Source: an uncultured virus (IMG/VR IMGVR_UViG_3300042544_003738)
Taxonomy: Duplodnaviria > Heunggongvirae > Uroviricota > Caudoviricetes
DNA length: 20,000 nt
Virus record (IMG/VR): IMGVR_UViG_3300042544_003738
Span: 57,775-77,774 of that record
Direction: 5' to 3' (one strand)
A program made the position numbers and the translations under genes. Shown here one piece after another: positions 1-9,674 of the stretch (positions are counted from its first letter, which is position 1; every line of letters begins with the position of its first letter). The notes under the pieces are model-generated. The model did not search any database, was not told the origin of the DNA, and saw only the letters and a list, made by a program, of their open reading frames with translations.

Positions 1-1194
1 AACAATCCCATGAAGGATCCTAAAAATGTGGAAAGGATAAGACAACAATGCCTAGAGCAGTATGGCGTAGATTGGCATAGCAAGAGGCAGGATGTGATCG
101 CCAAAACAACAGAAACTCTTAATAACAAATACGGTGTCTCAAACCCAGCTCAGAAAAATTATAGTTCTCTTGCAAACCAAGTGCTTAATGATCCTGTTGC
201 GCTCAAAACCATGTTTGAAACATCAAATATATCAAATATGGCTCAAGAACTAGCTGTTTGTGAGACCACAATACTCAAATACCTCAAAATATGGGGAATC
301 CGCCAGCCAAATGAAATATCAGCTGAACTACAGTTGAACAGCTGGTTGAAAGCTCAAGGTTTTGTTGATTTTGAGAAAACTCGAACAACCTTGCTTAACA
401 AGCAGGAAATTGACCTCTATAGTGAGAGTCAGCACCTTGGCATAGAATATTGTGGCTTATATTGGCATAGTCAGCGTCACAAACAACGAGGGTATCACAA
501 GAACAAATATATTGCCTGTCGAGACCAAGGCATCAAATTGATAACCATATTTGAGGATGAATGGCTCAATAGATCACAAATTGTGAAATCTAGGCTATCA
601 CAAATATTGGGCATCAATAAACGAGGGCCCGGGGCCCGATGCCTCAGACTCTCTTGCATCTCCAGTAGTCAAGCAACAGATTTCTTGAACACCCATCATA
701 TAAGTGGCGCAGCCAAAGCAGAAGTTGCTGTGGGTGCATATGACCTAAATCAAAAATTGGTTGCTGTGATGACATTCAGTCAAGGTCGAAAGTTCACAAA
801 GCCCAAAGAAGTTTGGCAGTGGGAAATGGTGCGATTCAGCACAGATGGGCAGCATTATGCTGGTATTGCTGCAAGATTGTTTAATCATTTTGAGAAAACA
901 TATCAGCCCCAAAGTGTGCTCAGTTATGCTGACCTCAGATGGGGCCAAGGGTTATATCTTGCACATCTGGGATTTAGGCGCTTTGAAGATACCCCACCCA
1001 ATTATTGGTATTTCAGTCTCAAAAATCCTGACTTCAAACGATATCATAGATTTACATTCAACAAACAGTCCATGATCAAAAAGTATCCCCATCTTGTTAC
1101 AGAAGGCTGCACTGAATATTCCATGGCCCAAGGGGCAGGCTTGGAAAGGATTTGGGATTGTGGCAACGCTAAATGGATATGGTATAAAACATGA
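1..1194 (+). CDS. Hef-like homing endonuclease-type protein: Vsr/PD-(D/E)XK nuclease plus C-terminal GNAT/Mom-like domain; probably 5'-truncated by the window edge
   Basis: The frame is open from base 1 (NNPMKDP...). It has 'YGV..P' N-terminal repeats, the nuclease motif EIDLY...GIEYCGLYWHS...LITIFEDEW, and a C-terminal WEMVRF...SYADLRWGQG..Y...GF...RIWDCG. Confidence 0.7.
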   Translation, partial: NNPMKDPKNVERIRQQCLEQYGVDWHSKRQDVIAKTTETLNNKYGVSNPAQKNYSSLANQVLNDPVALKTMFETSNISNMAQELAVCETTILKYLKIWGIRQPNEISAELQLNSWLKAQGFVDFEKTRTTLLNKQEIDLYSESQHLGIEYCGLYWHSQRHKQRGYHKNKYIACRDQGIKLITIFEDEWLNRSQIVKSRLSQILGINKRGPGARCLRLSCISSSQATDFLNTHHISGAAKAEVAVGAYDLNQKLVAVMTFSQGRKFTKPKEVWQWEMVRFSTDGQHYAGIAARLFNHFEKTYQPQSVLSYADLRWGQGLYLAHLGFRRFEDTPPNYWYFSLKNPDFKRYHRFTFNKQSMIKKYPHLVTEGCTEYSMAQGAGLERIWDCGNAKWIWYKT

Positions 1195-1221
1195 AAAGCC
1201 TGGGAGAAATCCCAGGCTTTT
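1194..1221. terminator. Intrinsic, probably bidirectional, terminator
   Basis: Perfect 12-bp stem AAAAGCCTGGGA-GAAA-TCCCAGGCTTTT immediately after the stop codon. Confidence 0.85.
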
Positions 1222-1258
1222 GTCGTAGCCTCATTTGATACTGGATTTGACATATCGC

Positions 1259-1266
1259 TATAAATA
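1259..1266 (+). promoter_or_regulatory. T4-type late promoter TATAAATA
   Basis: Exact T4 late consensus about 30 nt upstream of ATG 1296; SD GGAG at 1282-1285. Confidence 0.7.
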
Positions 1267-1295
1267 CAACAAACTTAAATTGGAGAGTTTGTTAA

Positions 1296-2150
1296 ATGAT
1301 CGAATGTCAAATCTGCAAAAGACAATTGGGCACCTTGGTAGGTAAGCACCTCAAAAGCCATGGTTTATCAAGTCAAGAGTATCAAGAAAAATTTCCTGGG
1401 AATCCTGTTAGCGCAATGAAGCCATGGACAGAGGAGTTGCGTGCCAAACAAAAACAAGTGCGGACTGGCAGAAAACACAGCGAAGAAACCAAACAAAAAA
1501 TTGGTGTTGGTAACAAGGGTAAAATTATGCCTAGAGAAGCTGTGGAGCGGCAAAAAGAAAGTTACCAGAAATTTTTAGAGAGTAATGGTGGCAGTCCTCA
1601 AAAAGGCTACAAACGTAGTGACGAATTCAAAAAGAGAATGAGTCACATAGCACAAACTAGAGATCCTGCACTAGTGCAACAAAAGGTTGAACAGATGTGG
1701 GCTGCACGGCGCGGCAGCAAGGCTACTGATGAACAAAAGGAAAATTACAGTCGGGGTAGACTGAAGTTTATGGCGGAAAATCCAGACAAGCTTGGAATGA
1801 AATTATTCAATACTAAACCGGAGCTACAGTTTGAACAAATCCTTATTGAATCAGGGCTGATATATCGCAAATTTGTACGTGTCGGATTGTTTCTTTATGA
1901 CTTCGTAATAAATGAAAAAATATTAGTTGAAATAGATGGACCATATCATTACAACAAGAATTTATATGGTAAGAAAGATGATGCAGAATCTATTAAACTT
2001 GAAGGGCTCGCTAAGACTCAAGCACGAGATGCACGCAAGACTGCAAACGCTATTGCGCAAGGGTACCAAATATTCCGCATCAAAGTTCCTGGTGCATTGG
2101 CTGATGATTGGAGAGAGCAATTGTTACTGCAAGGTTGCACATTGTTTTAA
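1296..2150 (+). CDS. Free-standing homing endonuclease-like protein: Zn finger, NUMOD3-like repeats and DUF559/Vsr-like nuclease
   Basis: CQIC...HLKSH zinc finger; KHSEETKQKIG, KRSDEFKKRMS and KATDEQKENYS repeats; TKPE...YDF...VEIDGPYHY...RD..K...A..QGY.IFRI. Confidence 0.75.
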   Translation: MIECQICKRQLGTLVGKHLKSHGLSSQEYQEKFPGNPVSAMKPWTEELRAKQKQVRTGRKHSEETKQKIGVGNKGKIMPREAVERQKESYQKFLESNGGSPQKGYKRSDEFKKRMSHIAQTRDPALVQQKVEQMWAARRGSKATDEQKENYSRGRLKFMAENPDKLGMKLFNTKPELQFEQILIESGLIYRKFVRVGLFLYDFVINEKILVEIDGPYHYNKNLYGKKDDAESIKLEGLAKTQARDARKTANAIAQGYQIFRIKVPGALADDWREQLLLQGCTLF

Positions 2151-2186
2151 GATAAAACCCCGGGAGAGATCCCGGGGTTTTATCTT
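2149..2186. terminator. Bidirectional intrinsic terminator between the endonuclease gene and the major capsid gene
   Basis: Perfect 17-bp stem AAGATAAAACCCCGGGA-GAGA-TCCCGGGGTTTTATCTT between convergent genes. Confidence 0.9.
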
Positions 2187-2233
2187 GTCGTTTTCCACCA
2201 TTAGCTTCAAAAAAAGCTAATGATATCAATAAC

Positions 2234-3448
2234 TTAAAGAAATTTCAAATTCGCAGTATTTATGGCGATGCCAGCCAAGTAGTCAGCAGCATTACCAAGT
2301 GAACTTGCTACGTTGCTGAGTTCCAAGTAACCATATCGTGACATGAAAGATACCACTGGTTCGAAGGTGTTGGGATCAATCACAACACCACTGCTTGTCA
2401 GTGGCACATATGGGCAATAATACGCAGCCGCATCAATTTCGCCAGGACCCTTGTAACCAACTAGCACAGGGGTATCATCAGCAGCATATTGGTCCACATA
2501 CACGCGAACTGAGTTGTTCAAAACGCCAACGAACTTGGTGTTGGTTGGAGCTTCGAATGTGCCTTCAGTTGTGCGAGCGAAAGCGGAAGTTGTTGCGCTT
2601 TGCAGGATTGTCAGTGCTGTGGGGGAAACCACAACCCAGTTACCAGCACCACGACGTGTGCGAGCAGCAATCAAGTTTGCACCACGGTTGATCAAGACAG
2701 CAAGAGCAGCATGCTCGTCACCAACGAATGTGGCAGTGCCGGAGACAGCGCCTTGGTCGTATGTGAGAGTGATGCCAGCTAGGTTGCGCAGGCTGTTTAG
2801 GATCTCTTGGTCAATTTCAGCTGTGATTTCTTGAGCTAGAGCAGCCATAATCTCAGCTTCGATGTCAATGCCTTGTTGGGCTTGTGCATCTTGTGCAGCC
2901 TCGAAAGTCCAGCGAGCGCTGAGCTTGCGGGTCTTGGCTTCCACAGTCTCTTTCAAGATCTGGATGTTTAGTCTCTTGCCAGCTGTGCCTTCAAGTGTTG
3001 CAGCAGCAGCACCGCGAGGGTTGTTCACATCGCCATTACCGCTGTAAAAGCGAGCAATGTCAAAGGGGCTGAGAGCTTCAGTACCAGCAATCACGCCACC
3101 AGCTACTGCTGGATTGGGGTATGTGTCGGCATAACGCACACGCAGGGTGTGGATTTGCCCAACGGGACCTGTCATTGGTTGCACGCCGATGATCTCGTTA
3201 GCGATAACAGTTGGCATCACTCGACGGATAACGGGCAGGATAACCTTGTTTAGGGTAGCAACGTTGCCTTGGCTTGTTGAACCAGGTGTTGCGTTTTCAA
3301 ACAAGATGCCTGCTTTGCTGCTTAGGTCACGCTTGGTATTCTCAAGAACCACTTCCATAACTTTCTTGCGATTGCCGGTGAGGCCTTCGCAAAGAGCGTC
3401 TCTGGTGAGATTCCAGTTGGCTTCAAAAAGGTTGCCTTTCATAGTCAT
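2234..3448 (-). CDS. gp23: Major capsid protein (T4 gp23-like)
   Basis: Motifs IIGVQPMTGPVGQIHTLR, VEAKTRKLSARWTFEAAQD, EITAEIDQEI, YCPYVPL and TFEPVVSFMSRYG. Start moved to ATG 3448, which follows SD AAGGAG. Confidence 0.97.
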   Translation of the reverse strand: MTMKGNLFEANWNLTRDALCEGLTGNRKKVMEVVLENTKRDLSSKAGILFENATPGSTSQGNVATLNKVILPVIRRVMPTVIANEIIGVQPMTGPVGQIHTLRVRYADTYPNPAVAGGVIAGTEALSPFDIARFYSGNGDVNNPRGAAAATLEGTAGKRLNIQILKETVEAKTRKLSARWTFEAAQDAQAQQGIDIEAEIMAALAQEITAEIDQEILNSLRNLAGITLTYDQGAVSGTATFVGDEHAALAVLINRGANLIAARTRRGAGNWVVVSPTALTILQSATTSAFARTTEGTFEAPTNTKFVGVLNNSVRVYVDQYAADDTPVLVGYKGPGEIDAAAYYCPYVPLTSSGVVIDPNTFEPVVSFMSRYGYLELSNVASSLGNAADYLAGIAINTANLKFL

Positions 3449-3455
3449 TTTCTCC

Positions 3456-4661
3456 TTATTGTGCTTTGGCGACACCGGCCAAATACAAGATATTTTGAAG
3501 ATCGCGATCTTCAGTTGGGTTTTGTTGTGTTTCCACGAGACTTACGCGGTCTCCGGAATGTGCCACAGCTCTGCTGGGTTTTGCTTGCACAGCCTTTGGT
3601 GCGGCTGGTGCATTTTGGTTCAACACTGCGGGCAAGTATCTGTGATAGCTTTCTTTGAGGTGTGTGGTTTTCACATCTTCCAAAAGGCTTTCCATGATCT
3701 TTTTCTTGTCTCTGGCCAAGGGGTTCAACAGCTCATTGAGCACTTGGGCTCTTTGAAGCTGAGCTTGTGCTGCACGGCTTTGTGCACGAACGCTTTCCAA
3801 GAGATTTTCTTTCTCATGAATTGCCTTTTGTGCCTCAGCTAGTGCTGCTTGTTGCGTCTTGAGTTGATCACTGAGCTTTTTGACTTGAGTACCTTCTGCA
3901 AGGTAGCTGGTCATAAATTCAGCGGCCACAGCTTCGAATATTTTACGACCAAAATTGTTCTCACGAGCAATTTTGATATCGTCTCTCCATTGCACCAACT
4001 CGCGCTTGATGACCTCGTTCAAGGTTTTATCAACCACAGTGGTTGCTCTGTTGACAAATGAGCGTTGGGTTTCATCCAGCTTGCGTTTTGCTTCGCTTGC
4101 CAGTTTGACTCGTTGCTCTACCAGAGCCTTTTTGTCAGATTGAAATTCGGAAATTTCTTCTGACAATTGCTGAAGAACAAAGTTCTCCAGTTTGCCAATT
4201 TTAGCTTCGAGGGCTGCTTGAGCGTTTTTCTTACTCTCCAGCAGTTCGGTAGCCATAGATTTGCGTTGAACGGCCAACTGTTTTCTGTCGGCTTTGAACT
4301 CAGTAATTTCCTTGCGGATTTCACCTTGCATAAACTGTTCCATCATTTTCACATGTTGGGCCAGCTTTTTGTTGTAAGTGGATTTTGCCTCACTAACAGC
4401 CTGGGTGAGCTGCACCTTTTTGGCTGCTACTGCTTGCTTGTCTTGAGAGAACTCACTGAGTTCTTTTCTCACAACATCGTTCAACATCTTGTCCATGGCT
4501 TCCACAAGCAATCCGCGCTCGTGCTCGAAGCGATGAGCATAACTTTCTTGGAGCTTTGTCTCAGCTTCTTTGAGCTTGTTTGTGAATGCTTCCTGAAGGG
4601 CAGTTTTGGCTTCGGGGCCAAGCACTTCGTTCTCCAGGAGCTCTTGTAGTTGTTTTTCCAT
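3456..4661 (-). CDS. gp22: Prohead core scaffolding protein (T4 gp22-like)
   Basis: Long coiled-coil protein lying between the protease and capsid genes; many L-x-E sites. Confidence 0.85.
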   Translation of the reverse strand: MEKQLQELLENEVLGPEAKTALQEAFTNKLKEAETKLQESYAHRFEHERGLLVEAMDKMLNDVVRKELSEFSQDKQAVAAKKVQLTQAVSEAKSTYNKKLAQHVKMMEQFMQGEIRKEITEFKADRKQLAVQRKSMATELLESKKNAQAALEAKIGKLENFVLQQLSEEISEFQSDKKALVEQRVKLASEAKRKLDETQRSFVNRATTVVDKTLNEVIKRELVQWRDDIKIARENNFGRKIFEAVAAEFMTSYLAEGTQVKKLSDQLKTQQAALAEAQKAIHEKENLLESVRAQSRAAQAQLQRAQVLNELLNPLARDKKKIMESLLEDVKTTHLKESYHRYLPAVLNQNAPAAPKAVQAKPSRAVAHSGDRVSLVETQQNPTEDRDLQNILYLAGVAKAQ

Positions 4662-4679
4662 AGGACTGGCGTCTCCTTG

Positions 4680-5312
4680 TTAAATCTTCAACTCGTTAAC
4701 CCAGCGGAGCAGGGTCTTGGTGAGATGCTTTTGAGCCTTCTCATCATGACGCACGCTTTCTGCCAAGTCTCTGATGTTGCTGCCGAGCCTTCTGTGATAC
4801 ATAGCCTCATATACAGGCACAGGATATGCACTTGGGGCTGAAGGTTTGGCCACTATGTCGACTGTTAACATTTCAAAATCTGAAACGTTCCCATAGGGAT
4901 CGACATTGCCTGAGCCACGTGATGAAACGCCAAGTTTTACACCACTCTCAAGCAAGGTTTTTGCAATTTGACCGCAAGGTGTTGGTAATACTTTCAACTT
5001 ACCAAGGCCATTGGGACCGTCTATCCACATTTTTTGAATGCTGTGGCTTACGCGATCTAGATGAATTTGAAGCTCTTGTGGATGATCCAGTTCACCAGGT
5101 ACCCCATTGTCTTTGGATATGCTTGAATTTACTAGCTCTACGGCTTTGCGAATCTCGTCTACAGGATAGACTCTTCCGTTATGATTTTTGATTCCGCCTT
5201 GAATGAAGATTCCTTCCATGAAGAGGTTTTTATGACCACCTTCTATGGCTTCGGTAACAACCTTCATTTGTGCATCATCAAAATGCAAGTGTTCTTGCAG
5301 AATTGAGACCAT
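4680..5312 (-). CDS. gp21: Prohead protease (T4 gp21-like)
   Basis: Motifs EGIFIQ..IKNHNGRVYP, GELDHP, GVSSRGSG and TVDIVAKPSAP. Likely start MVSILQEH at 5312, after SD AGGA. Confidence 0.95.
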   Translation of the reverse strand: MVSILQEHLHFDDAQMKVVTEAIEGGHKNLFMEGIFIQGGIKNHNGRVYPVDEIRKAVELVNSSISKDNGVPGELDHPQELQIHLDRVSHSIQKMWIDGPNGLGKLKVLPTPCGQIAKTLLESGVKLGVSSRGSGNVDPYGNVSDFEMLTVDIVAKPSAPSAYPVPVYEAMYHRRLGSNIRDLAESVRHDEKAQKHLTKTLLRWVNELKI

Positions 5313-5343
5313 TTTTGTTTCCTGTTTAGTTTCGTAGTAACAA

Positions 5344-5349
5344 TATTTA
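5344..5349 (-). promoter_or_regulatory. Late promoter core TAAATA for gp21-22-23
   Basis: Recurrent intergenic motif, 31 nt upstream of the gp21 start. Confidence 0.6.
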
Positions 5350-5407
5350 ACAACACTATCTGAAACAGCTGGATTTCCAGTAAGAAACCAGTGTTTTTTC
5401 AAAGAAC

Positions 5408-5436
5408 TATGCTGTAACCTTTTGAGTTACAGCATA
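5408..5436 (-). terminator. Stem-loop, putative terminator or processing site
   Basis: 11-bp inverted repeat TATGCTGTAAC/GTTACAGCATA just after the stop of 5453..6814; weak U tract. Confidence 0.55.
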
Positions 5437-5452
5437 ATTTCTTGTTGATAAA

Positions 5453-6814
5453 TTACTTCTTTGGTGTTGTGCCGGTGCTGCCCAGTGGGCTGCGAACGTT
5501 GGCGGCGCCAAAACCTTCTGAACGATCTTTGTTCAACATGGCCTTTGTGCTGCCTTCCTTGCTGACATGAGTCATGTCTTCACTAGCCTTCTTGCGACGG
5601 TTGGACAAGTTCATACTGGCACTTGTGGGGGCAGATTGAAGATGATATCCATCAGCCTTTGATCCCTTGCCTGTCACAACTGGCTTGGCACCTGGAACAG
5701 GGCTTTGAACGCCTTTGGGCACTGGGCTATGCTTGCTTACATCACTACGAGAAAACTTTCCTGAGCCAACTTCGCCAACTTTCTTGAGATCAACATGAAC
5801 TGTATCGAGGGCAATGGCTTCATCAAGATCATCATAGTCTTCATCAAGGTCGTCAGTGTTGTCCATCCAGCCTTCTCTCATGCCACCACCGCTAGCATCG
5901 CGCTGTAGGCGTCTTTTCAAACGCGAATGGTCTTCACTTCCTAGTTGATCAATTAAAAAGTTCCAGCACTCATCCCACGTACCAACGTGTAGGGTGTTAT
6001 CTGCTTGTCCTGGTGCTTCTGTCCAGACTTCATATTCTTCCTCATAGTCTTCCTCATCCGCGTCAGGGTGTGGCATGTCCTGATATGTTTGACCAATATG
6101 GATGTCATCTATTACGTAGTCGGGGTTGTCCCCTTGACCACTCAGTTTGCGGATTGGGTAAGAAGTTCCATTAACAGTCACGGTTTCAAAATCGCCGCTA
6201 ATTTTGTACTGTTTACCACCAGGCGTAGTGCCCGAATCTGCCATTTCCTGCAGGGGCATTTTATCTCCCTCTGCATCACCATGTTCACCATGTAGTTCAG
6301 CCTTCATAGCTTCAAATTCAGCAGTCAACTCTTCAATTGCTTGCTCAATGTCTTTTAGACGCTCGCCTTCAGCTTCCTCGTCGTGGTCCATGTCTGCATC
6401 CATTTCAGCTTCATCAGCATCCATTTCTTCATCGTCCATGTCGTCTTCATCGTCCATGTCGTCTTCAGCGTCCATGTCTATGTCATCGTCTTCCACGTCA
6501 ACATCAACATCGTCAGCATCTTCATCATCGCCAGCACTTACTGTGAGATCTTCAACCGCGTCATCGAGGTCAACATCTTCCATTGTGCCGTCGCCATAAT
6601 GCTCTTCATTCTCAATTTCTTCTTTGTGAAATTCAATGTCATCTCCGAGATTTCTGCCCTCGTCCCTGTCCATTTCATGCTCGTCGTCACTTAGCATTTC
6701 CTCGTGAATTGCACGTGCCTTCTCAATGAAGATTTGGTGCAACAGGTCACGAGCCTTGTCTTCTTGCTCGTTGATAAGGTAATCCATTACCTTCAACAGC
6801 TTGCTATTAGCCAT
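5453..6814 (-). CDS. Highly acidic prohead core/internal protein (occupies the gp67/gp68 position)
   Basis: Lies directly upstream of the protease; helical N-terminus, D/E-rich low-complexity tract and basic C-terminus; SD AAGGAG. Confidence 0.6.
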   Translation of the reverse strand: MANSKLLKVMDYLINEQEDKARDLLHQIFIEKARAIHEEMLSDDEHEMDRDEGRNLGDDIEFHKEEIENEEHYGDGTMEDVDLDDAVEDLTVSAGDDEDADDVDVDVEDDDIDMDAEDDMDDEDDMDDEEMDADEAEMDADMDHDEEAEGERLKDIEQAIEELTAEFEAMKAELHGEHGDAEGDKMPLQEMADSGTTPGGKQYKISGDFETVTVNGTSYPIRKLSGQGDNPDYVIDDIHIGQTYQDMPHPDADEEDYEEEYEVWTEAPGQADNTLHVGTWDECWNFLIDQLGSEDHSRLKRRLQRDASGGGMREGWMDNTDDLDEDYDDLDEAIALDTVHVDLKKVGEVGSGKFSRSDVSKHSPVPKGVQSPVPGAKPVVTGKGSKADGYHLQSAPTSASMNLSNRRKKASEDMTHVSKEGSTKAMLNKDRSEGFGAANVRSPLGSTGTTPKK

Positions 6815-6852
6815 AGTTTGTCTCCTTTGGTAAAGTTGATAGACTCTGTGTT

Positions 6853-6858
6853 TATTTA
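6853..6858 (-). promoter_or_regulatory. Late promoter core TAAATA
   Basis: Intergenic, 38 nt upstream of ATG 6814. Confidence 0.6.
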
Positions 6859-6910
6859 GAAGGAGTTGAAGAATAACTTGGATTTATATGGAAAATAAGG
6901 CAATTTTAGA

Positions 6911-7138
6911 CTACATGCCTGGCATTCCGCCGCCTTCAGCAGAGGGAGCGCCATACAACAGGCCCAAAAGATCTCTGCGCACAAGATTTTCCAATTTCTT
7001 GGCACTACGCATTCTTTTCATTTGATTTAAATGTGCGATTGTAATCTTGGGTCGACGCGGGTCATACTGATTTTGCATAGTATAATGATCTTGGTCTGGG
7101 CTGTAATAGCCAGCACTATCTAAATCCATTGCTCTCAT
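6911..7138 (-). CDS. Small hypothetical head-cluster protein
   Basis: 75-aa ORF co-oriented with the head genes and preceded by TAAATA (7144-7149). Confidence 0.65.
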   Translation of the reverse strand: MRAMDLDSAGYYSPDQDHYTMQNQYDPRRPKITIAHLNQMKRMRSAKKLENLVRRDLLGLLYGAPSAEGGGMPGM

Positions 7139-7143
7139 AAATC

Positions 7144-7178
7144 TATTTATTGCAGAGAAACAAAGGCCCTTGTATAGT
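7144..7178. promoter_or_regulatory. Back-to-back promoters: late TAAATA (minus strand, 7144-7149) and sigma70-like TTGCAG-N17-TATAGT (plus strand, 7150-7178)
   Basis: Motifs and spacing read directly from the sequence. Confidence 0.5.
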
Positions 7179-7200
7179 TCAAATCAAAGGGAGCAACAGA

Positions 7201-7809
7201 GTGTCAATTTATCAATTTTTACCAAGTCCCAGCTTTGGCGCTGGTGAGGCAAACGTAGCAACCTGGAAAGATGGATTTTCAGGAGATGATATAAAAAAGA
7301 TAATTCAACTAGGGCAGGCTAGACAGCCAGGAAAAGCGGTAATTGGTGGATTTGATCCCGCTCAAAATTATGAACAAATACGCAAAAGCAAAACCAGTTG
7401 GATTGAAGCCAGTCCTGACACTGATTGGATTTATCAACGCTTGGGTAATATTGTTCGTAATTTAAATGGCCAGCATTTTCGCTTTGATTTGTGGGGATTT
7501 GGTGAACACCTGCAATACACTGAATACTACGGGGATGATGAGGGTCACTACACCTGGCATATTGACAGTGGCATCACTTCCACAAACCACGGTCCTCGAA
7601 AACTCAGTGTAGTTTTACAATTGAGCGATCCCTGTGAGTATGAAGGTGGCAATCTACAAGTTAAGTTAGGCGCTGATCCACAAACCATTAGCAAGGATCT
7701 AGGCCTTGTAGCCGTTTTTCCCAGCTTTGTTCTGCATAGAGTAACACCCGTTACAAGTGGGTTACGCCGCACTTTGGTGGCTTGGTTAACTGGTCCAGCA
7801 CTGCGTTAA
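7201..7809 (+). CDS. 2OG-Fe(II) oxygenase, PKHD/prolyl-4-hydroxylase-like
   Basis: HxD (WHID), [13 protein letters not shown], and [15 protein letters not shown] with the distal His and 2OG-binding Arg. Likely GTG start at 7201 after SD GGAG. Confidence 0.9.
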   Translation: MSIYQFLPSPSFGAGEANVATWKDGFSGDDIKKIIQLGQARQPGKAVIGGFDPAQNYEQIRKSKTSWIEASPDTDWIYQRLGNIVRNLNGQHFRFDLWGFGEHLQYTEYYGDDEGHYTWHIDSGITSTNHGPRKLSVVLQLSDPCEYEGGNLQVKLGADPQTISKDLGLVAVFPSFVLHRVTPVTSGLRRTLVAWLTGPALR

Positions 7810-8741
7810 GGACCTACAGCAACATATTCTATAAGAACTGCACCTGGTTGTCCACCTGATGCTGATGTATCGTCTCGGCCCACGCCCCCGTAACCAAACC
7901 TAAGGCCTAAGTCAGCATTCAAGTAAACCAGCGGGCCTATGCTGGTGGCAGTTCCTCTCGCACCATTGGCACCGGGTGTGAAGATGTTGGCATTGAGGCC
8001 GCCGCTTCCACCACCTGCTGTAACAAGGGCTATTCCACTTTGATCCAAAAGTTGGCTGGGCGTGCCAGGGTTTCCAGAATTACTAATGTTAGCAGCCCCA
8101 CCACCTCCAACTATTACTTGCAAATTACTGCCTGCCGTGACCGGTATCCATGTTTCTATAGCGGCACCTGGTCCACCCTTGCCTCCAATTAGTTTTATAG
8201 TGGGACCATCAGCATAGCCGCCGTCAGCACCTGTGTAATCCTGTGTTGTATAAATTGCTCCCCAACCACCTGCTCCTCCTCCGCCCACAGTTGTGATTTT
8301 TACATTAGTAGTTGTAGCAGGCACAGCCCATGTACTGGGAGACAAAAAGCCAGCTACTGCTAATTTTTGGCCTGTCCCTTGGGGTCCTGGAAAACCAAGA
8401 GTTCCTGTTGCCCCTGGGTCTCCGGTCGGGCCAGCGCCACCTACTGGCCCGGTTGCCCCTAGTGTGCCTGGTGGTCCTGCTAATGGGCCAGGCTGCCCAG
8501 CAGACCCAGTGGCACCTTTTACACCTGGAGGGGCAGGAAATCCACCAAATCCTGGCGCTCCTCCCAATCCTGTAGGCCCTGTAGGCCCCCTTACGCCTGG
8601 AAAACTTGTGGCTGGACCCAACAGCAAAGCGGCGCCTGTTGGCGCCACTATAAGGGGCAACCCAGCAGGCACACCAATCAGTATTGTATTCAGGACGTCT
8701 GCAGACCCGCCTATTATACGCTTATCAAGAAGTTTTGGCAT
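7806..8741 (-). CDS. Collagen-like fibre protein with C-terminal glycine-rich domain (paralog 1)
   Basis: About 24 Gly-X-Y triplets; domain W.VP....VKIT.VGGGG.GG...V.VG.GG...GAVLIEY. Confidence 0.8.
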   Translation of the reverse strand: MPKLLDKRIIGGSADVLNTILIGVPAGLPLIVAPTGAALLLGPATSFPGVRGPTGPTGLGGAPGFGGFPAPPGVKGATGSAGQPGPLAGPPGTLGATGPVGGAGPTGDPGATGTLGFPGPQGTGQKLAVAGFLSPSTWAVPATTTNVKITTVGGGGAGGWGAIYTTQDYTGADGGYADGPTIKLIGGKGGPGAAIETWIPVTAGSNLQVIVGGGGAANISNSGNPGTPSQLLDQSGIALVTAGGGSGGLNANIFTPGANGARGTATSIGPLVYLNADLGLRFGYGGVGRDDTSASGGQPGAVLIEYVAVGP

Positions 8742-8744
8742 CTT

Positions 8745-9674
8745 TTAAATCCATTCTATAAGTGCTGCACCAGGGCCGCCCTGTTGTTCTGCTCCTGCCC
8801 CAAATCCATAGACTGTTGCCACACCCAATCCCACACTTAAGGGGGAATTCACTCCAGGAGTACCCAGAATTCCTGCGGGGGTGCCTGCTGATGGGCCGCC
8901 GCCTGCTACGACTGTGGGACTGCCTGGACCACTCCATGTTGTAGGGGTGCCAGGACTTGGTGGAACGTATATATATTGTGGGTAATATGTTGGAATATTA
9001 TTTTCATTGGGGTACACCCCACCTCCAGATATTATAGCTCCACTACCCCCAACTCCTATTGTGACATTGTAATTTTGTCCGCCCTGCACAGTTACCCATT
9101 GTTCATTTACGCCACCACTGCTTCCAGGAATACCTTGTATTGTCCAACCAGATTGAGCACTATTGTCAAATTCAATTGGACTACCCCCACTCACGGGCAA
9201 ACTACCGCCTCCCCCTGCTCCAATAAGTGTCAGCTTAACAGAAAACACACCTGGGGGTGCTGTCCATACACCAGGAGACACAAGTTGTGCTGCATTTATA
9301 TCTTGATTGCCACTAGGCGGCCCAATAGGTCCAGTAATTCCAGGCGGTCCTGGAGGACCCACTGGTCCCCCGCCTGGTCCCGTTGGTCCAGTTAAACCTG
9401 CAGGACCAGGAGGTCCTCCTGCAGGACCAGGAGGACCTGGGGGACCTGTATCACCTACTAATGCACTGCTGGCTCCAGGTGGCCCAACAGGCCCTGCTAG
9501 TCCAGCGGGGCCAGGAGGACCTGGAGGACCCAGTGGGCCACCTGGGGTTGTGACCACAAGTGTATCTCCTGTGGGGGATACTCGTAACACATACCCGGCA
9601 GGTGCCCCATATAATGTTGTAGTCAAAACGTCTCGTGATGGGCCAACAATACGGTTATCAAGTAAGCGAGGCAT
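8745..9674 (-). CDS. Collagen-like fibre protein (paralog 2)
   Basis: Shared N-terminus [11 protein letters not shown]; 23 GPP-rich triplets; same glycine-rich C-domain, ending GAALIEWI. Confidence 0.8.
   Translation of the reverse strand: MPRLLDNRIVGPSRDVLTTTLYGAPAGYVLRVSPTGDTLVVTTPGGPLGPPGPPGPAGLAGPVGPPGASSALVGDTGPPGPPGPAGGPPGPAGLTGPTGPGGGPVGPPGPPGITGPIGPPSGNQDINAAQLVSPGVWTAPPGVFSVKLTLIGAGGGGSLPVSGGSPIEFDNSAQSGWTIQGIPGSSGGVNEQWVTVQGGQNYNVTIGVGGSGAIISGGGVYPNENNIPTYYPQYIYVPPSPGTPTTWSGPGSPTVVAGGGPSAGTPAGILGTPGVNSPLSVGLGVATVYGFGAGAEQQGGPGAALIEWI

Noticed and set aside
2395..6694. Many short plus-strand ORFs over the capsid, scaffold and core genes
   Set aside because: They are antisense to well-supported genes and show no recognisable motifs.
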